Positions 12,316-25,083 of a DNA stretch of 64,000 nt are shown piece by piece (positions within the stretch are counted from its first letter, which is position 1; every line of letters starts with the position of its first letter). A program made the translations under genes and the position numbers. The notes below the pieces were generated by a model, which was not told the origin of the DNA, made no database searches, and saw only the letters and a list, made by a program, of their open reading frames with translations. Origin of the DNA: Octopus sinensis (taxonomy: Eukaryota); NCBI RefSeq assembly GCF_006345805.1, contig NC_043006.1, positions 49,972,001 through 50,036,000 on the forward strand, read 5' to 3'.

Positions 12316-14257
12316 AAACCAATCGACCGAACAACCAACCAACAAACCAGCAAACCAACCAGCCAACCAACCAACAAACCAACCAACCAACAGACAAATA
12401 GCCAACCAACCAACAAACCAACCGACAAACCAATCGACAAACCTACCGACAAACCAACAAGCCAACCAACCGACAAACCAGCCAACCAACCAACTAACCG
12501 GCCGAAAATCCAACCAACCAACCAACCAAACTACAAACAATCCAACCAACCAACTAACCGACCGACAAACCAACCAACCAACCGACCGACAAACCAACCA
12601 AACAACTAACCGACCGACAAACCAGCCGACAATCAAACCAACCGACAAACAAGCCAACCAACCAACCGACAAACCAGACGACAATCCAACTAACTAACAA
12701 ACCAACCAAACAATAAACCAACCAACCGACAAACCAACCAAGCAATCAACTGACCGACCGACAAACCAACCGACTAACCATCCGACCGACAAACCAGCCG
12801 ACAAACCAGCCGACAAACCAGCCGACAATCCAACCAACCGACAAACCAAGCAACCAATCAAACGACCAAACGACAAACTAACCAACTACCCAACCGACCG
12901 ACCGACAGACCAGCCAACCAACCAACCGACCGACAAACCAACCAGCCAGCCAACCGACTTACAAACCAGCCGACACTCCAACCAACCAACCAGCCAACCA
13001 ATCAACCGACCGACCGACAAAACAACCTCACCACCCAACCAACCGACCGACAGACCAACAAACTAACCAACCGACAAACAAGCTGACAATCCAACCAACC
13101 GACAAACCAGCCAACTAATCAACGGACCGACCGACAAAACAACCAACCACCCAACCAACCGACCGACAAACCAACCAATCAACCAGCCGACCGACCGACA
13201 AACCAAACAACCAGCCACCCGGCCGACAAACCAGCAAACCAACCAACCAACCGACCGACAAACCAGCCGAGAATCCAACCAACCGACAAGCCAGCCGACA
13301 ATCCAACCAACCGACAAACAAGCCAACCAACCAACCAACCGACAGACAAACCAACCAACCAACCAACCGACCGACAAACCAGCCGACAATCCAACCAACC
13401 GACAAACAAGCCAACCAACCAACCGACCGACAAACCAGCCGACAAACCAACCAACCGACAAACCAACCAACCAATCAATCGACCGACCGACAAACCAGTC
13501 AACCAACCAACCAACCGACAAACCAGCCAACCAGGCAACCGACCGACAAACCAGCCGACAATCCAAACAACCGACAAACCAGCCGACAATCCAACCAACC
13601 GACAAACCAGCCAACCAATCAACCGACCGAGAGACAAACCAACCAAACAGCTAACCGACCGACAAACCAGCCGACAATCCAACCAACCGACAAACAAGCC
13701 AACCAACCAACCGACCGACAGACAAACCGACCAACCAACCAACCGACCGACAAACCAACCGACAAACAAGCCAACCAACCAACCAACCGACAAACCAGCC
13801 GACAAACCAACTAACCGACAAACCAGCAAACCGACAAACCAACCAACCAATCAATCGACCGACCGACAAACCAGTCAACCAACCAACCGACCAACAAACC
13901 AGCCGACAATCCAACCAACCGACAAACCAACTAACCAGCCAACCGACCGACAAACCAGCCAACCAACCAAACAACCGACCGACAAACCAGCCAACCAACC
14001 AACCAACCAACCAACCGACAAACCAGCCAACTAACCAACCGACCGACCGACAAACCAGCCGACAATCCAACCAATCGACAAACCAACCGACCGACCGACA
14101 AGCCAACCGACAAGCCAACCAACCGGCAAACCAGCCAACCAATCAACCGACCGACCGACAAACCAGCCAACCAACCAACCAACCGACCGACAAACCAACT
14201 AACCAGCCAACCGACCGACAAACCAACTAACCAATCAACCGACCGACCGACAAACCA
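12316..14257. repeat. ~1.95-kb complex (AACC)n-based satellite
   Basis: Built from AACC/GACC/AGCC/AATC tetramers and GACAA; + strand is strongly A/C-rich and T-poor; recurring blocks such as GACAATCCAACCAACCGACAAACAAGCC. Confidence 0.95.
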
Positions 14258-14454
14258 TGTTGATGAATTTCGGTTGGCTGGTTGGTTGGTTGGTTTGTCT
14301 TTAGATTTTGTTTTCGTTATTAAGTCAATCAACTCATATCTTATTTTTTATAACGGATAAGTTGACGCAGTTTACTATTTGTTTGTTTGGTTATGTTTGA
14401 TGTTATTTCTTTTTGGTGTTTTTATTGTCTGTGTACCTGTGTTTTCTCTTTGCT

Positions 14455-14464
14455 GTCTTCTTTT

Positions 14465-14496
<32 letters not shown>

Positions 14497-14667
14497 TTCT
14501 TCTTCTTCTTCTTCTTCTTCTTCTTCTTCTTCTTCTTCTTCTTCTTCTTCTTCTTCTTTTTCTTCTTCTTTTCTCTTCTTCTTCTTCTTCTTCCCCTTCC
14601 CCTTCTTCTTCTTCTTCTTCTTCTTCTTCTTCTTCTTCTTTCTTCTTCTTCTTCTTCTTCTTCTTCT
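14455..14667. repeat. (CTT)n microsatellite, likely the expanded (GAA)n tail of the adjacent minus-strand element
   Basis: Directly visible; abuts CTGCCAATCAGGACTCTCGCC, the 3' end of 14668-14985. Confidence 0.9.
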
Positions 14668-14985
14668 GCCAATCAGGACTCTCGCCACAAAGAATAATCT
14701 CTAATTCGAGTCTGCACTAAGCTCCTAAGAAGGCGTGTGGCAACTTGAAGATCCACCCACCATACACGATAGACTGGCGGTTGCACGAGCGCAAAAGCTA
14801 TGTTGTTATCCTCATTCCATAAACGGTGGATTTTTTTAACGGGTGCTGAGCTGAACCATCCTGGGGTACAGAGGATTCGCAATCTAGACTAGGGTCTGAA
14901 AGTTTACCACACCATAGTGGGTTACACCATGGTTCCTCTGCTTTGTGGCAGAAGTAGGAAGAAAGAGTGAGAGAAAGTTGTAGTT
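14668..14985 (-). mobile_element. SINE family C body with a distinct 3' tail, head missing
   Basis: ACAACTTTCTCTCACTCTTTCTTCCT body shared with 26600, 28270, 43530 and 45390, followed by unrelated sequence ending in (GAA)n. Confidence 0.6.
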
Positions 14986-14989
14986 AACT

Positions 14990-15335
14990 GGCGGCGAGCT
15001 GGCAGAAACGTTAGCACTCCGGGCGAAATGCATAGCGGTGTTTCGTCTGCCGTTACGTTATAAGTTCAAATTCCGCCGAGGTCGACTTTGCCTTTCATCC
15101 TTTCGGGGTCTATTAAATAATTACCAGTTACGCACTGGGGTCGATAAAATCGATTTAATCTGTTTGTCTGTCCGTCATCGCTTGACAAACAATGTTGGTG
15201 TGCTTACGACCCCGTAACCTAACGGTTCGGCCTAAGAGACTGATAGAATAAGTACTCGGCTTACAACGAATAAAGTCCTGGGATCGATTGCTCGGTTATA
15301 GGTGCTGCAGTCAAATGACTGAAATAAATAAAAAA
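14990..15335 (+). mobile_element. Chimeric SINE: family A head/core joined to family B tail
   Basis: GGCGGCGAGCTGGCAGAAACG...GGGGTCGAT to ~15170, then CATCGCTTGACAAAC...GCAGTCAAATGACTGAAA. Confidence 0.8.
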
Positions 15336-15381
15336 TATATGTGTGTGTGCGCGTGTATGTATATATGTGTGGTGTGTATAT

Positions 15382-15457
<76 letters not shown>

Positions 15458-16739
15458 ACTTTTTGAAGAGCGGTCTGACAAAAGTTTTGACAATGACATT
15501 GGAATGGTGTATACCATACATGTTAGATGACTCGAAAGCTGCTAATATTTTAGATCAGCCGCGCTATGCAGCAGTACAAGATTAATGATTAAGAATCTGA
15601 TACATGTTGAAAATATTGTTCTCACTGGGGGTGCCAAATTCCACTCACAATAATAGACGTGGCCTTTCGCTTAAGAAAACTTCAGTTAATGGTGTATATA
15701 AACTTTCTCATTCCAATCAATAAATCTATGAAATTTACAGTTGCAGGGCTGAATATTGAAGAATACTGCTTAGCTCGCGGCTAATTTTATGAAAGATGTT
15801 AAAGATATGGAAGCCTCAATAATTTCTCTTAATGCCTACTGGTATAAAGGACACACAGACTAGCAACTTGAGATGCAAGTATGCGTGTTCAGAACTTTCA
15901 AAGCTTTTACGAATACAGCACTAGTATATTATGATAGGGCTTCTCGCATTCTTAATATCACGTCCTTGGTTCTACATGTATTGTAATTTCAATATTGGAA
16001 GAGCGAGCTTCCTTTAGGCATTCCAGTTTCCTTGTTATTACAAGACTGAATTTATATCCATGTGTTTCACCTCCCAACACTCCGGTTTCTGTTCATTTTT
16101 CAAATTATTTTAGTAATAAAAGAATTTCAATATATAAAAAAAAAGATATTACGTTAAATAATATTTTCATATGAAATAAAACAGTTTTCACTCTAATTTC
16201 TGCTCTCATTTAATATGCCGAATTAGCTGTATATCATTTATACAGTTATATTAAGAAATACCCTATTAATATTGAATAGGAGTCTGTTACACAGTGCATC
16301 AGATACTGGACTGTATAAACGCAGAACAAGCAATTTAATTTCTTACATAAAAGCCAACTTTTGAAGAGAAATCCAATAGTGTTCTATTACGCAAAAAAAC
16401 TTACTCCATTAAGAACCAAGCTGGGCTAATTACAGTTACTTTTCAGCCTGGGAAACATCGGATATTCTGTTGGTTCTATATGAAGTTAAGATAATTATGG
16501 ATGTCAATTACATACAACGTTGGGTAAAATCTAAAACTGTATTCCACAGTACAGTATAGCTTCCAAGCAAAACATCTCTAACGCAACAGAAATATACGTG
16601 TGTATGCTAACGTTTTCTCCATTATATTAAGGATATTTATTTCGGTTATTTATGTATTCTTTTTCAATAATTATTAATAGTAGTATGATTATAACAGTGC
16701 TTTGTTTTCTTGTTTATTTAAGGATATTACGATGAAATA

Positions 16740-17993
16740 TTAGGTCGTCAAGTATTAAATTTATAGTAAGGTATATGGTAAACTTTGACAGCTGCTCATT
16801 TTGCACCATTATTATATTTTAACAATCTTTATTTTTTGTTAGAAAGCTGACACATCTATTTCTTTATTCTAACTCACTTTTCGCTTTATAAAGTATTTAT
16901 AAATCGGTTTTTTTTTTTTGGCTATTTTTGTTTAGAGATGGAGAAGTCGAAAATTCGTACAGTTTTGAAATATGAGTTCTTTCTTTGAAATACAGCAGCA
17001 CAGACAGTTCGGAATATTAACGGAGTATTTCATTCTAATGTTATTATACATGTATCAAATTGATGTGCAAAATTTCGTTCTGCTAACTTTGACCTCACAA
17101 ATGAGCAACGAGGCCGACCTGAAACAAAAGTGGATAATGACGAACTGAAAGCCACCGTCGAAACAGATCCACCTCAAATTGCCCGTGAATTATCGTTGTT
17201 GTTTGGTGTTAGCAAGCAAACAATATTGACTCACCTAGTTCAAATCGGTAAAGTGAAAAAGTTGGATAAGTGGGTTCCACATGAACTCAATGAAAATCAG
17301 AAACAGCAACGTTTGGAATTCTGCATTATGCTACTTTCTCATCACAAAAATGAATTATTTTTGAATCAAATTGTAACATGTGATGAGAAATGGATCCAAT
17401 ACAACAACCGTAAACGTTCAGCACAATGGTTGAACAAAGGCGAGCCACCAAAACAGTCCAAAAAGCAAAATTCATCAAAAGAATCTGATGGTGTGTGTTT
17501 GGTGGTCTGGCGCAAGTGTGATCCATTATGATTTCATTAAACCTGGCTCATCAATCACGGCCGAAGTGTACTGCGGCCAACTGGAACAAATGATGCAGAA
17601 ACTTACAAAAAAACAGCCTAGATTAGTCAACAGATCCACTCCTATTTTATTGCAAGACAGCGCCAAGCCACACATCGCAAAAATGACATTGGCGAAACTA
17701 CAGGAGTTGGAGTTGGAAGTTTTCTATCATCCACCATACTCAGCTGATCTTGCCTCCGCTGACTACCTCTTCTTTCAGAATTTGGATAACTTTTTGAGAG
17801 CAAAAAAATTTAATTCCGGCAATGCTGTAAAACATGCCTTCCAAGATCTTATTGACTCTAGATTGCCAGGTTTTTACAGTTCCGGGCTGGACAAGCTACT
17901 GCTGAAATGGCAAAAGTGCATTGACAATAAGGGTGCATACTCTGATGAATAACACCTTTTTCTTTTCTACAAATTTCATACTTGACGACTTAA
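16740..17993 (+). mobile_element. Full-length mariner transposon (1254 bp); transposase 16938-17952 disrupted
   Basis: TIRs TTAGGTCGTCAAGTATTAAATTT / AAATTTCATACTTGACGACTTAA flanked by TA; motifs WVPHELN, TCDEKWI, LLQDSAKPH, HPPYSADLASADY; frameshifts near 16985 and 17465. Confidence 0.93.
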
Positions 17994-18227
17994 TATCAGC
18001 ACGCATACATTAGCTTCGTACATGCACAAATGCTACCCACACCTTCAGTCACCACTCACAGTTTTACTCCTTTCCATTCATGCCTCTAGCGACCTCTTTT
18101 TCATCTGGTCATTTCAGTATGTGGTGCCCGTTGTAATTCAGACACGTTTGTTTTTTTCTCTCTCCATTTTCTCTTCTCATCTATTCTTTCTGAAGAAGGG
18201 CGTATACTCGAAACATCATCAACATAA

Positions 18228-18299
<72 letters not shown>

Positions 18300-18944
18300 C
18301 ACAGATCATGTAAGCTTCATATGTCAGACCACCAAGTATTCAATATAATATATTGTGTAAATTGATATTCAGATATTCTCTTGCTGTTTCTTGTTGCTTG
18401 AGCCTATATCAGCCCTGATCCAACCGATCTAAAATCAAAAACGTTTCACCTATAACCTTCTAGTTCTTTTGTTTGTTTGTTTGTTCTTTTCACAGCATTC
18501 AAAACTGTATTACGTAACATGTCCTTCTTCTATACGAGAGTGAACTACGTTTTAATGGAGATTTTTTTAACGCTATTTCTAGTAAACAGGTTGATCCAGT
18601 GCATAGAGTCTCGATAGTTTCCTTGTTAGCTTGTGCTATATTAGCGCAGGTTTAAATCAGTTCCTGACTTACGACACAAACAGGTCGATAATGTTCATAA
18701 GCAGCAAGAAATTATACTAATCAATGGCAGCTAATTGCAGAAATCAATAGATTAAACTTCACGAAGCAATTTGCAAGATTACTAATTAACTGACAGAAAA
18801 AAATATATTTAAAAAAACAGAATGAACGAAAACGAGAAAAAGAAAAATGGTTTGTTTCTTTTGTGTATTTAGAGAAAGTTTCAAGATATAATTTGGAATG
18901 ATAAAAATATATGAAAGATGAAAGATGTTAATTTAGAATAACTA

Positions 18945-18967
18945 GATCATCATCATCATCATTATTA

Positions 18968-19001
<34 letters not shown>

Positions 19002-19089
19002 ATTATTATTAATATTATTATTATTATTATTATTATTATCATTATTATTATTATTATCATTATTATTATTGTTGTTGTTGTTGTTGTTG

Positions 19090-19129
<40 letters not shown>

Positions 19130-19135
19130 TATTCA
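18945..19135. repeat. (ATT/GTT/ATC)n microsatellite
   Basis: Directly visible. Confidence 0.95.
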
Positions 19136-19137
19136 AC

Positions 19138-19225
19138 ATTTCGTCCGTTTTTACGTTCTGAGTTCAAATTCCGCTGAGCTCAACTTTGCTCTTTCGTCCT
19201 TTCATGGTCGATAACATAAGTACTT
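19138..19225 (+). mobile_element. SINE family A core fragment
   Basis: TACGTTCTGAGTTCAAATTCCGCTGAG...GGTCGATAACATAAGTAC. Confidence 0.65.
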
Positions 19226-19230
19226 AACTA

Positions 19231-19291
19231 CTAGTGGTTAAAAGCGCGGGCTTCTAACCCCAAGATTCTGAATTCGATTCAAAGCAATGAT

Positions 19292-19294
<3 letters not shown>
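19231..19294 (+). mobile_element. tRNA-like SINE head (not family A, B or C) followed directly by (AAT)n
   Basis: TAGTGGTTAAAAGCGC (A-box-like), GCGGG-CTTCTAA-CCC anticodon-like arm, GAATTCGATTC (B-box-like); no intact acceptor stem. Confidence 0.6.
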
Positions 19295-19363
<69 letters not shown>

Positions 19364-22300
19364 TCATTCTTTTATTGGCCACAAGGGCTGACGAAAATCA
19401 ATTATCACATAAAGGGACAAAACAGGACGAAAGGTTACAGAGGGTTTTGTCCTTTTGTAAAATCAAGTAAAAAAACTGTTTAACACCGAAAGATTATAAC
19501 AATGAAAATCTCCCAAAAGGGGGAGGCGTTACGAAAGGTTCCTGGTGGAAAAAACCCATAAAAGCCAACGGGAGCCTGGCCAAAAGGAGGGTAGAGAGAC
19601 CCTTTCTCCTTTTGTAATACCTTTTTAAATTACAGGTGTATTCACAGAATGGCTCCTTTCATACTAGCCATTCTTGCGACATTTATCCACCTTTCACTAA
19701 ACTTGCTATCAGACAGCACTCCCCTCTCTACTCTCATCTTCCTTTTCAAGTGAAACTTGAAAAAGTTGATGAGGCTTGAGCCAAAGAGGAAAGTGTCTGA
19801 CCTTAGCCCTTTCAAACGGGTCCACCATACCACCTCTTTCGCTACAGCCACTAGGCAAAGGAAAACTGCCTTGCCCTCCCGGCTAGAGGTCGGCGGGGCA
19901 ATCTTCACTATGGATTCAGCTGATAGCCGGATCCGTCCTATACGCGACAGTAGCTGTTCGACATAAACACATAGTTCAGCAATACTCGGACACTGGACGA
20001 GTGCGTGCAGAACGGTTTCGTCGTCCTGGCAGCACCTCGGGCAGGTCCGGTTGACGGCACTTCCGTGCTAGTAGAGTTTATCTCGAACAGGCAGAGCCCC
20101 TTGGTAACACTACCAGGCGAGGGACCTCTGGAAATTGTCCATTGGCCCCAGCCCGAAAGTCTTCCCGAACAGACTGCTCAGCTCGTTATCGTCAACGCCT
20201 AGAGTTTCCCCGAGAACGTCGTCGCACTTTTCTTCCATTAACCCTCTATAGAACGCTAGAGCGGAACTACTACCGATCGCATTGCCCGCCTAGCGGAGGG
20301 CGGAGAGAGCTTGACGGCACTCGAGGTGCCAAGCGCCCTTTCTCAGTCTGCGTTTGATCCAGGTCTGCAGCTCTGTCAAAGTGACGAGCTGTGGAAAGTC
20401 GCGTCTGACAAAAGACGACCACACCTGTTCACCGTCTAGGAAACGCTTGAGATGCCGTAAACTGAGCGCATGTCTGCGCATCAGTAACCACGGCATGTCA
20501 AGGCCTCCGTTCAGCGGTCGTTGACAGCAGATGGATTGCCTGACCAGTGGTACCTGACCCTTCCACAAAAAGTCGAAGAGCAAGCGTACCAGCTTGGCCA
20601 ACCAGCAGTCGGGACAAGGAACGACGGTCAAGCGGTAATAGATGACAGATGCGATGTACGCATTCGCCACCTCCGCTCGACCTTTCAGGGACAGCTTCCT
20701 CTCGGCTCATTTCTGGATGAGATTGGTCACCCTGCTCGTTACTTCTTCCCAGTTTTTTTCCACCTGGAGGTCTGGGCCGGACCAGACTCCGAGCAGTTTA
20801 ACGGGTCCGTCTGTCCAGCGCCCTACGACGATGTTGGACGGCATGGACTTGCCTCTCTAGGTGCCTAGTTGCAACCCCACAGACTTTTCCGCGTTAATTT
20901 TTGCCCCTGTCACCGCTTCGTATTCGTTTAGCGCCTCGCCGATCAGGTCAATGTGCCTGTGGCTCGACACCATCACGGTGACGTCGTCGGCATAGGCAGA
21001 CACGCTGTTTCCACCTCCTAGATCGCGCGAGATACCCCTCAAAGCCTCCAGCTTGCGCAGTAATGGCTCGAGAATCAATACGTACACGGGGGAGGAGAGA
21101 GGACATCCTTGACGGACCGAACGCGAGATGTCAAACAGCTCTGAAAAGTGACCGTTCACCCGTATTACCGAGCAGATGTTGCTGTATAAAGCAGCGATCC
21201 ACCCGCGGAAGACTGGACCGAAGCCGGCTGCCTTGAGAACAGCTGCTAGGTATCGATGGTCGACCCTATCGAAGGCTTTACTCAGATCTAAATTGATCAA
21301 AGCCCCACCCACGCCAGCGTCGTTACTCACCCTCTCTATGGTGTAGCGCATGAGATGGAGATTATCGTGTATCGACCTAGTCGGCACGGCGCATGTCTGC
21401 GCCTTTCCAATCAGCTCGTCCACGACAAGCGCCAATCTCTTGGCTAACATCTTGGCCAAAATCTCCAACTCTGCATTGAGCAGAGTGATGGGCCGAAAGT
21501 TTCCTATAATGCCCCCCTTGTTTGGGTCCTTTCTCAACAAAGCCACCACTCCTCGACAAACAAAAGCAGGAATTCTTCCGTTTTGCTGCCAGTTGCAGTA
21601 TACGTTTGCCAAGAGGCCCGCAAACAAGTCTGTCATTGAAGTGTAAAGCTCGTAGGGCAGACCATCCAAACCCGGCGATCTACCTCTCGTGCAGCTTTTC
21701 ATCGCTTCCTCCACTTCCTAGCAGATATCGGCCTTTCGCAGCACTCTGCCTCGCTGTCCGAGAGTTGCGGTAGGTCGTCCAGGTACACACCGAAGTCTGC
21801 ACCGTTGTCCGTCCCACCGTTCGTCCCAAACAGTTGAGCAAAGTGCCGCTGAAACACCGCACACATCTGCTTCGGCTCGGAAACCTCGCTCCCGTTCTGG
21901 TCCACCAAAGACCGAATGGTCGCTTTGTTGCCCCGTTTCGCCTCCGCCACGCGGGCCCATCGAGCGGCCTTAGTCCCCTCCCCGCTTAGCGAACGTGCCT
22001 TAGCTCTGACAACGCAGCCTTCGTGTTTGGCGTCAAAGTGTTGGTCGCGGGCCAACCTAGCCGCCAACACGTCGGTTGCGATGCCTGTCTCAAGAGCCTC
22101 GTCTAGTTTTCTAACTAAATCCCGCTCCATTTTCCTACGTTCTACAGCTAGAGCCTTACTAAACCTAATCGACTCTGCTCTAATTGCTCTCTTGAGGGCA
22201 AACCACCAGTTGTTGTTGATGATTGCTTCCGTGAGCGCCCGTTTAACTAATAAACTAATCCGGTCTCTGTAGGTTTTGCACGCCGTTAATGACGCGTTCA

Positions 22301-24333
22301 GCTTCCAGTAGCCGGGTCCCTGTCAATGTAGCCTATCTAAGTCAACCGAACAGATCACGAATTTGTAGTCCGTGTAGTCGACTAGGTGGAAGTGTGGACA
22401 CCCTATGCTGTTCTTATCCGCTGGCCTACAGAACACTCTATCTAAGTACGATCTAAATGATCCGATGCGATTAGTCCAAGTCTTCATTGGCACGTTCGGG
22501 TTGTCTAGTCGAAACCTGTCGGACAGCTGAAAGCGCCTGAACAGGTTGGTGAGGCTCTTGCACTCCCCTCTTCTATCAGAAGCTCCCGTGCCAACCCGAT
22601 CTAAACGTTCGTCTAAGACAGCGTTCTAATCGCCAACTAGCACTAGAGTGCGTGACGTTCCTAAGAACACCGCAGTACCACCACCGCCCGCTCCCGGCCG
22701 ACACGGAGATAGAAAAATTTCGTATCCGCCGAAAAGGGCCGCGACTTCCTGCGGGTCGGAGAGCCTGGTTTCACTAATGGCTGCTACATCCACGCTGTGA
22801 GACCTCAGGTCGTTTTAACAGGTGACCTTGTTTCCAAGGTGACCCGAGGCCTCTCACATTTAAGCAACCTATTCTGAATTTAGCCATGTTTTTCTTAAAG
22901 GTTTAAAAGGAGAAAAAGGCTCTACTTACTGCTGTTTGGTGGGGTGGCTCCCTTGTGCTTTTGCACGGGTGTTTCCACCAAGTTTTTATATAATTTTTGG
23001 GAGAAATTTCTCCCTAGTGACCAGACATCCTTAGGGAATTTCTCTTTAATTTCACTGTATATTGTTTTGTTGATTTTTATTGTCAGAATGTGTGCTGGTG
23101 GTGTATTGTGTGTTGGTATGATAAAGTCTGAGTACTTAGTGTCTGTGTTATCTTTTATGTATGCTATAAGTCGTTCGTTTTTTTTGGGGGGGGGAGTTTA
23201 TTGCTGTAACGGTGTCTGTGTGTGTTGGTGTGTGTGGCAGTGATGGTGGCGAAAGTGTTGTTGTTTGTTGTTATTGTGAGTGCATGTTGTTGTTGTTGAT
23301 TTGAGGAAGCTCTATTTGTTCGTGCTTCCCCTGTGTTTTGTGTGTGTCTTTTTGCTTTTTCCTTCTTTTCTTTTTGGGTGGCACCGTTTGCCACTCCCCT
23401 TTCTCGCTATCAGTGCCCGCACAATCCGAGCTTACCTGATCCGGAAAGGGGACATTTGTCGAGTCAACAGTTTGTCGAAAACAGTTTGTGGGAAACGGTG
23501 ATGTTGCTGTAGTAGTTGGTGTCGGTGATAGTGTTGGTGTCTCCTTCTGCATCGTCTTCCTTGGTGTTGGTGTTGGTGTTGGTGTTGGTTTGGTGGTGGC
23601 TGAGGATGGTGTTGCTCTTCTAAGGCGGCGAGCTGGCAGAAACGTTAGCACGCCGGGCGAGATGCTTAGTGGTATTTCGTCTGCCGTTACGTTGTGAGTT
23701 CAAATTCCGCCGAGGTCGACTTTGCCTTTCATCCTATCGAGGTCGATAAATTAAGTACCAGTTACGCACTGGGGTCGATGTAATCGACTTAATACCTATG
23801 TCTGTCCTTGTTTGTCCCCTCTATGTTTAGCCCCTTGTGGGTAATAAAGAAATAGGTGTTGCTCTTCGTGGTGTTGGTGATGGTGTTGGTGGTGTGGCAA
23901 CCTTTTGTGTTTCATGTAGTTGTTGTTTCTGTTGTTGTTGTTGTTGTTGTTGTTATTGTTGTTGTTGCTGCTGCTGTCTCTTACCTTCTGCCTCCATTCT
24001 TTTCTTGTAAATGGGGCAGTCCCTCTTTAGATGGCTTTCGCTGCTGCAGAGGTAGCATTTTGACTTTCGCCCCTCTACAGCAACGTGTAATCTTGTGCCG
24101 TTCGGCAAATTTACAGAATCTGGGATCGTATTTAAGTTGTTTTGCTGTATCTGTACCAGGAACAACACTCCCATTCCTGACCAGTTTTTCTCCCTGACTC
24201 TCCGTACATCCAGAATAGTGACAGTGTCCTCTATATCATAGAAGACAGCTGCCAACAGCCAAGATATATCCAGCTCGGGCGGCACCTGGTCGAATTTGAT
24301 TTTCGTTACTCGCCGACCAAGGTATAATACTTT
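19364..24333 (-). mobile_element. Tx1/L1-clade LINE, ~5 kb, decayed (ORF1 with zinc knuckle, ORF2 APE-RT)
   Basis: ORF2 22887->19642: MAKFRIGCLNVRGL, SETRL, GD*NA, RSYLDR, GPGYWKLN, SPGLDGLPYE, FRPITLL, DLSKAFDRV, SVRQGCPLS, AYADDV. ORF1 22890-24333: CYLCSSESHLKRDC (CX2CX4HX4C) and WQTVPPKKKRRKK. AATAAA at 19371-19376 (minus strand). An internal deletion shortens the APE domain near 22665. Confidence 0.9.
23621..23854 (+). mobile_element. Monomeric SINE family A inserted in Tx1 ORF1 with a 13-bp target-site duplication
   Basis: GGTGTTGCTCTTC at both 23608-23620 and 23855-23867; the element ends ...TTGTGGGTAATAAAGAAATA. Confidence 0.92.
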
Positions 24334-24532
24334 CTATGTAATCTCAAGTTTTAAAGCAAACACAATTTTCTTATGATTTCTTAAACATTCTCTAGAACAA
24401 CACTATATACAAAACCAAATATATGGCACCCTAGGCATAACACCAACATGAACTTCTAACTTGCTGTCTCTTGAGGTCTCTGGGTGAGACTTGGAGCCAA
24501 CTTGTATAAATGTAAAGCAAAAGTCAAACATG

Positions 24533-24533
<1 letters not shown>
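24326..24533 (+). mobile_element. Probable R4/Dong-type LINE extreme 3' end (5'-truncated) with (AAT)n tail
   Basis: Begins ATACTTTCTATGTAA (ILSM*), comparable to the RRTLSIQ* C-terminus at 52600; then a UTR-like stretch and a long (AAT)n. Confidence 0.55.
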
Positions 24534-24604
<71 letters not shown>

Positions 24605-24624
24605 TAATAATGATGATGATCATG

Positions 24625-24677
<53 letters not shown>

Positions 24678-24768
24678 CATAATAATGATGATCATAATAA
24701 TAATGATGATCATGATGATGATGATGATGATAATGATGATGATGATGATGATGATGATAATGATAATG

Positions 24769-24850
<82 letters not shown>

Positions 24851-24944
24851 CAACAACAACAACAACAACAACAATAACAATAACAACAACAATAACAATA
24901 ACAATAACAATAACAATAACAATAACATTAATAATAATAATAAT

Positions 24945-24988
<44 letters not shown>
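24534..24988. repeat. Compound (AAT/ATG/ATC/AAC)n microsatellite
   Basis: Directly visible. Confidence 0.95.
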
Positions 24989-24990
<2 letters not shown>

Positions 24991-25037
24991 TCGAAATATA
25001 CCTTAGAAATGAGAACCCAGGTTCGAAATTTCCCCAA

Positions 25038-25083
25038 GACACCTGATGAAGGTTGGAAGGTATATCAGCCGAAACGTTGTGTT
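25038..25083 (+). ncRNA. Minimal type I hammerhead ribozyme
   Basis: GACAC-CUGAUGA-A-GGUUG(10-nt loop)CAGCC-GAAAC-GUU-GUGUU; stem III has no loop but lies in the palindrome AACGUU; predicted cleavage after 25078. Confidence 0.8.

Noticed and set aside
12316-14257. AACC array as telomeric or interstitial telomeric repeat
   Set aside because: The unit is a mixed tetramer, not TTAGGG-like.
16405-16475. Candidate minus-strand host exon (AG acceptor, strong GTAAGT donor)
   Set aside because: All three frames of the 71-nt segment contain stops; it could only be non-coding and there is no other support.
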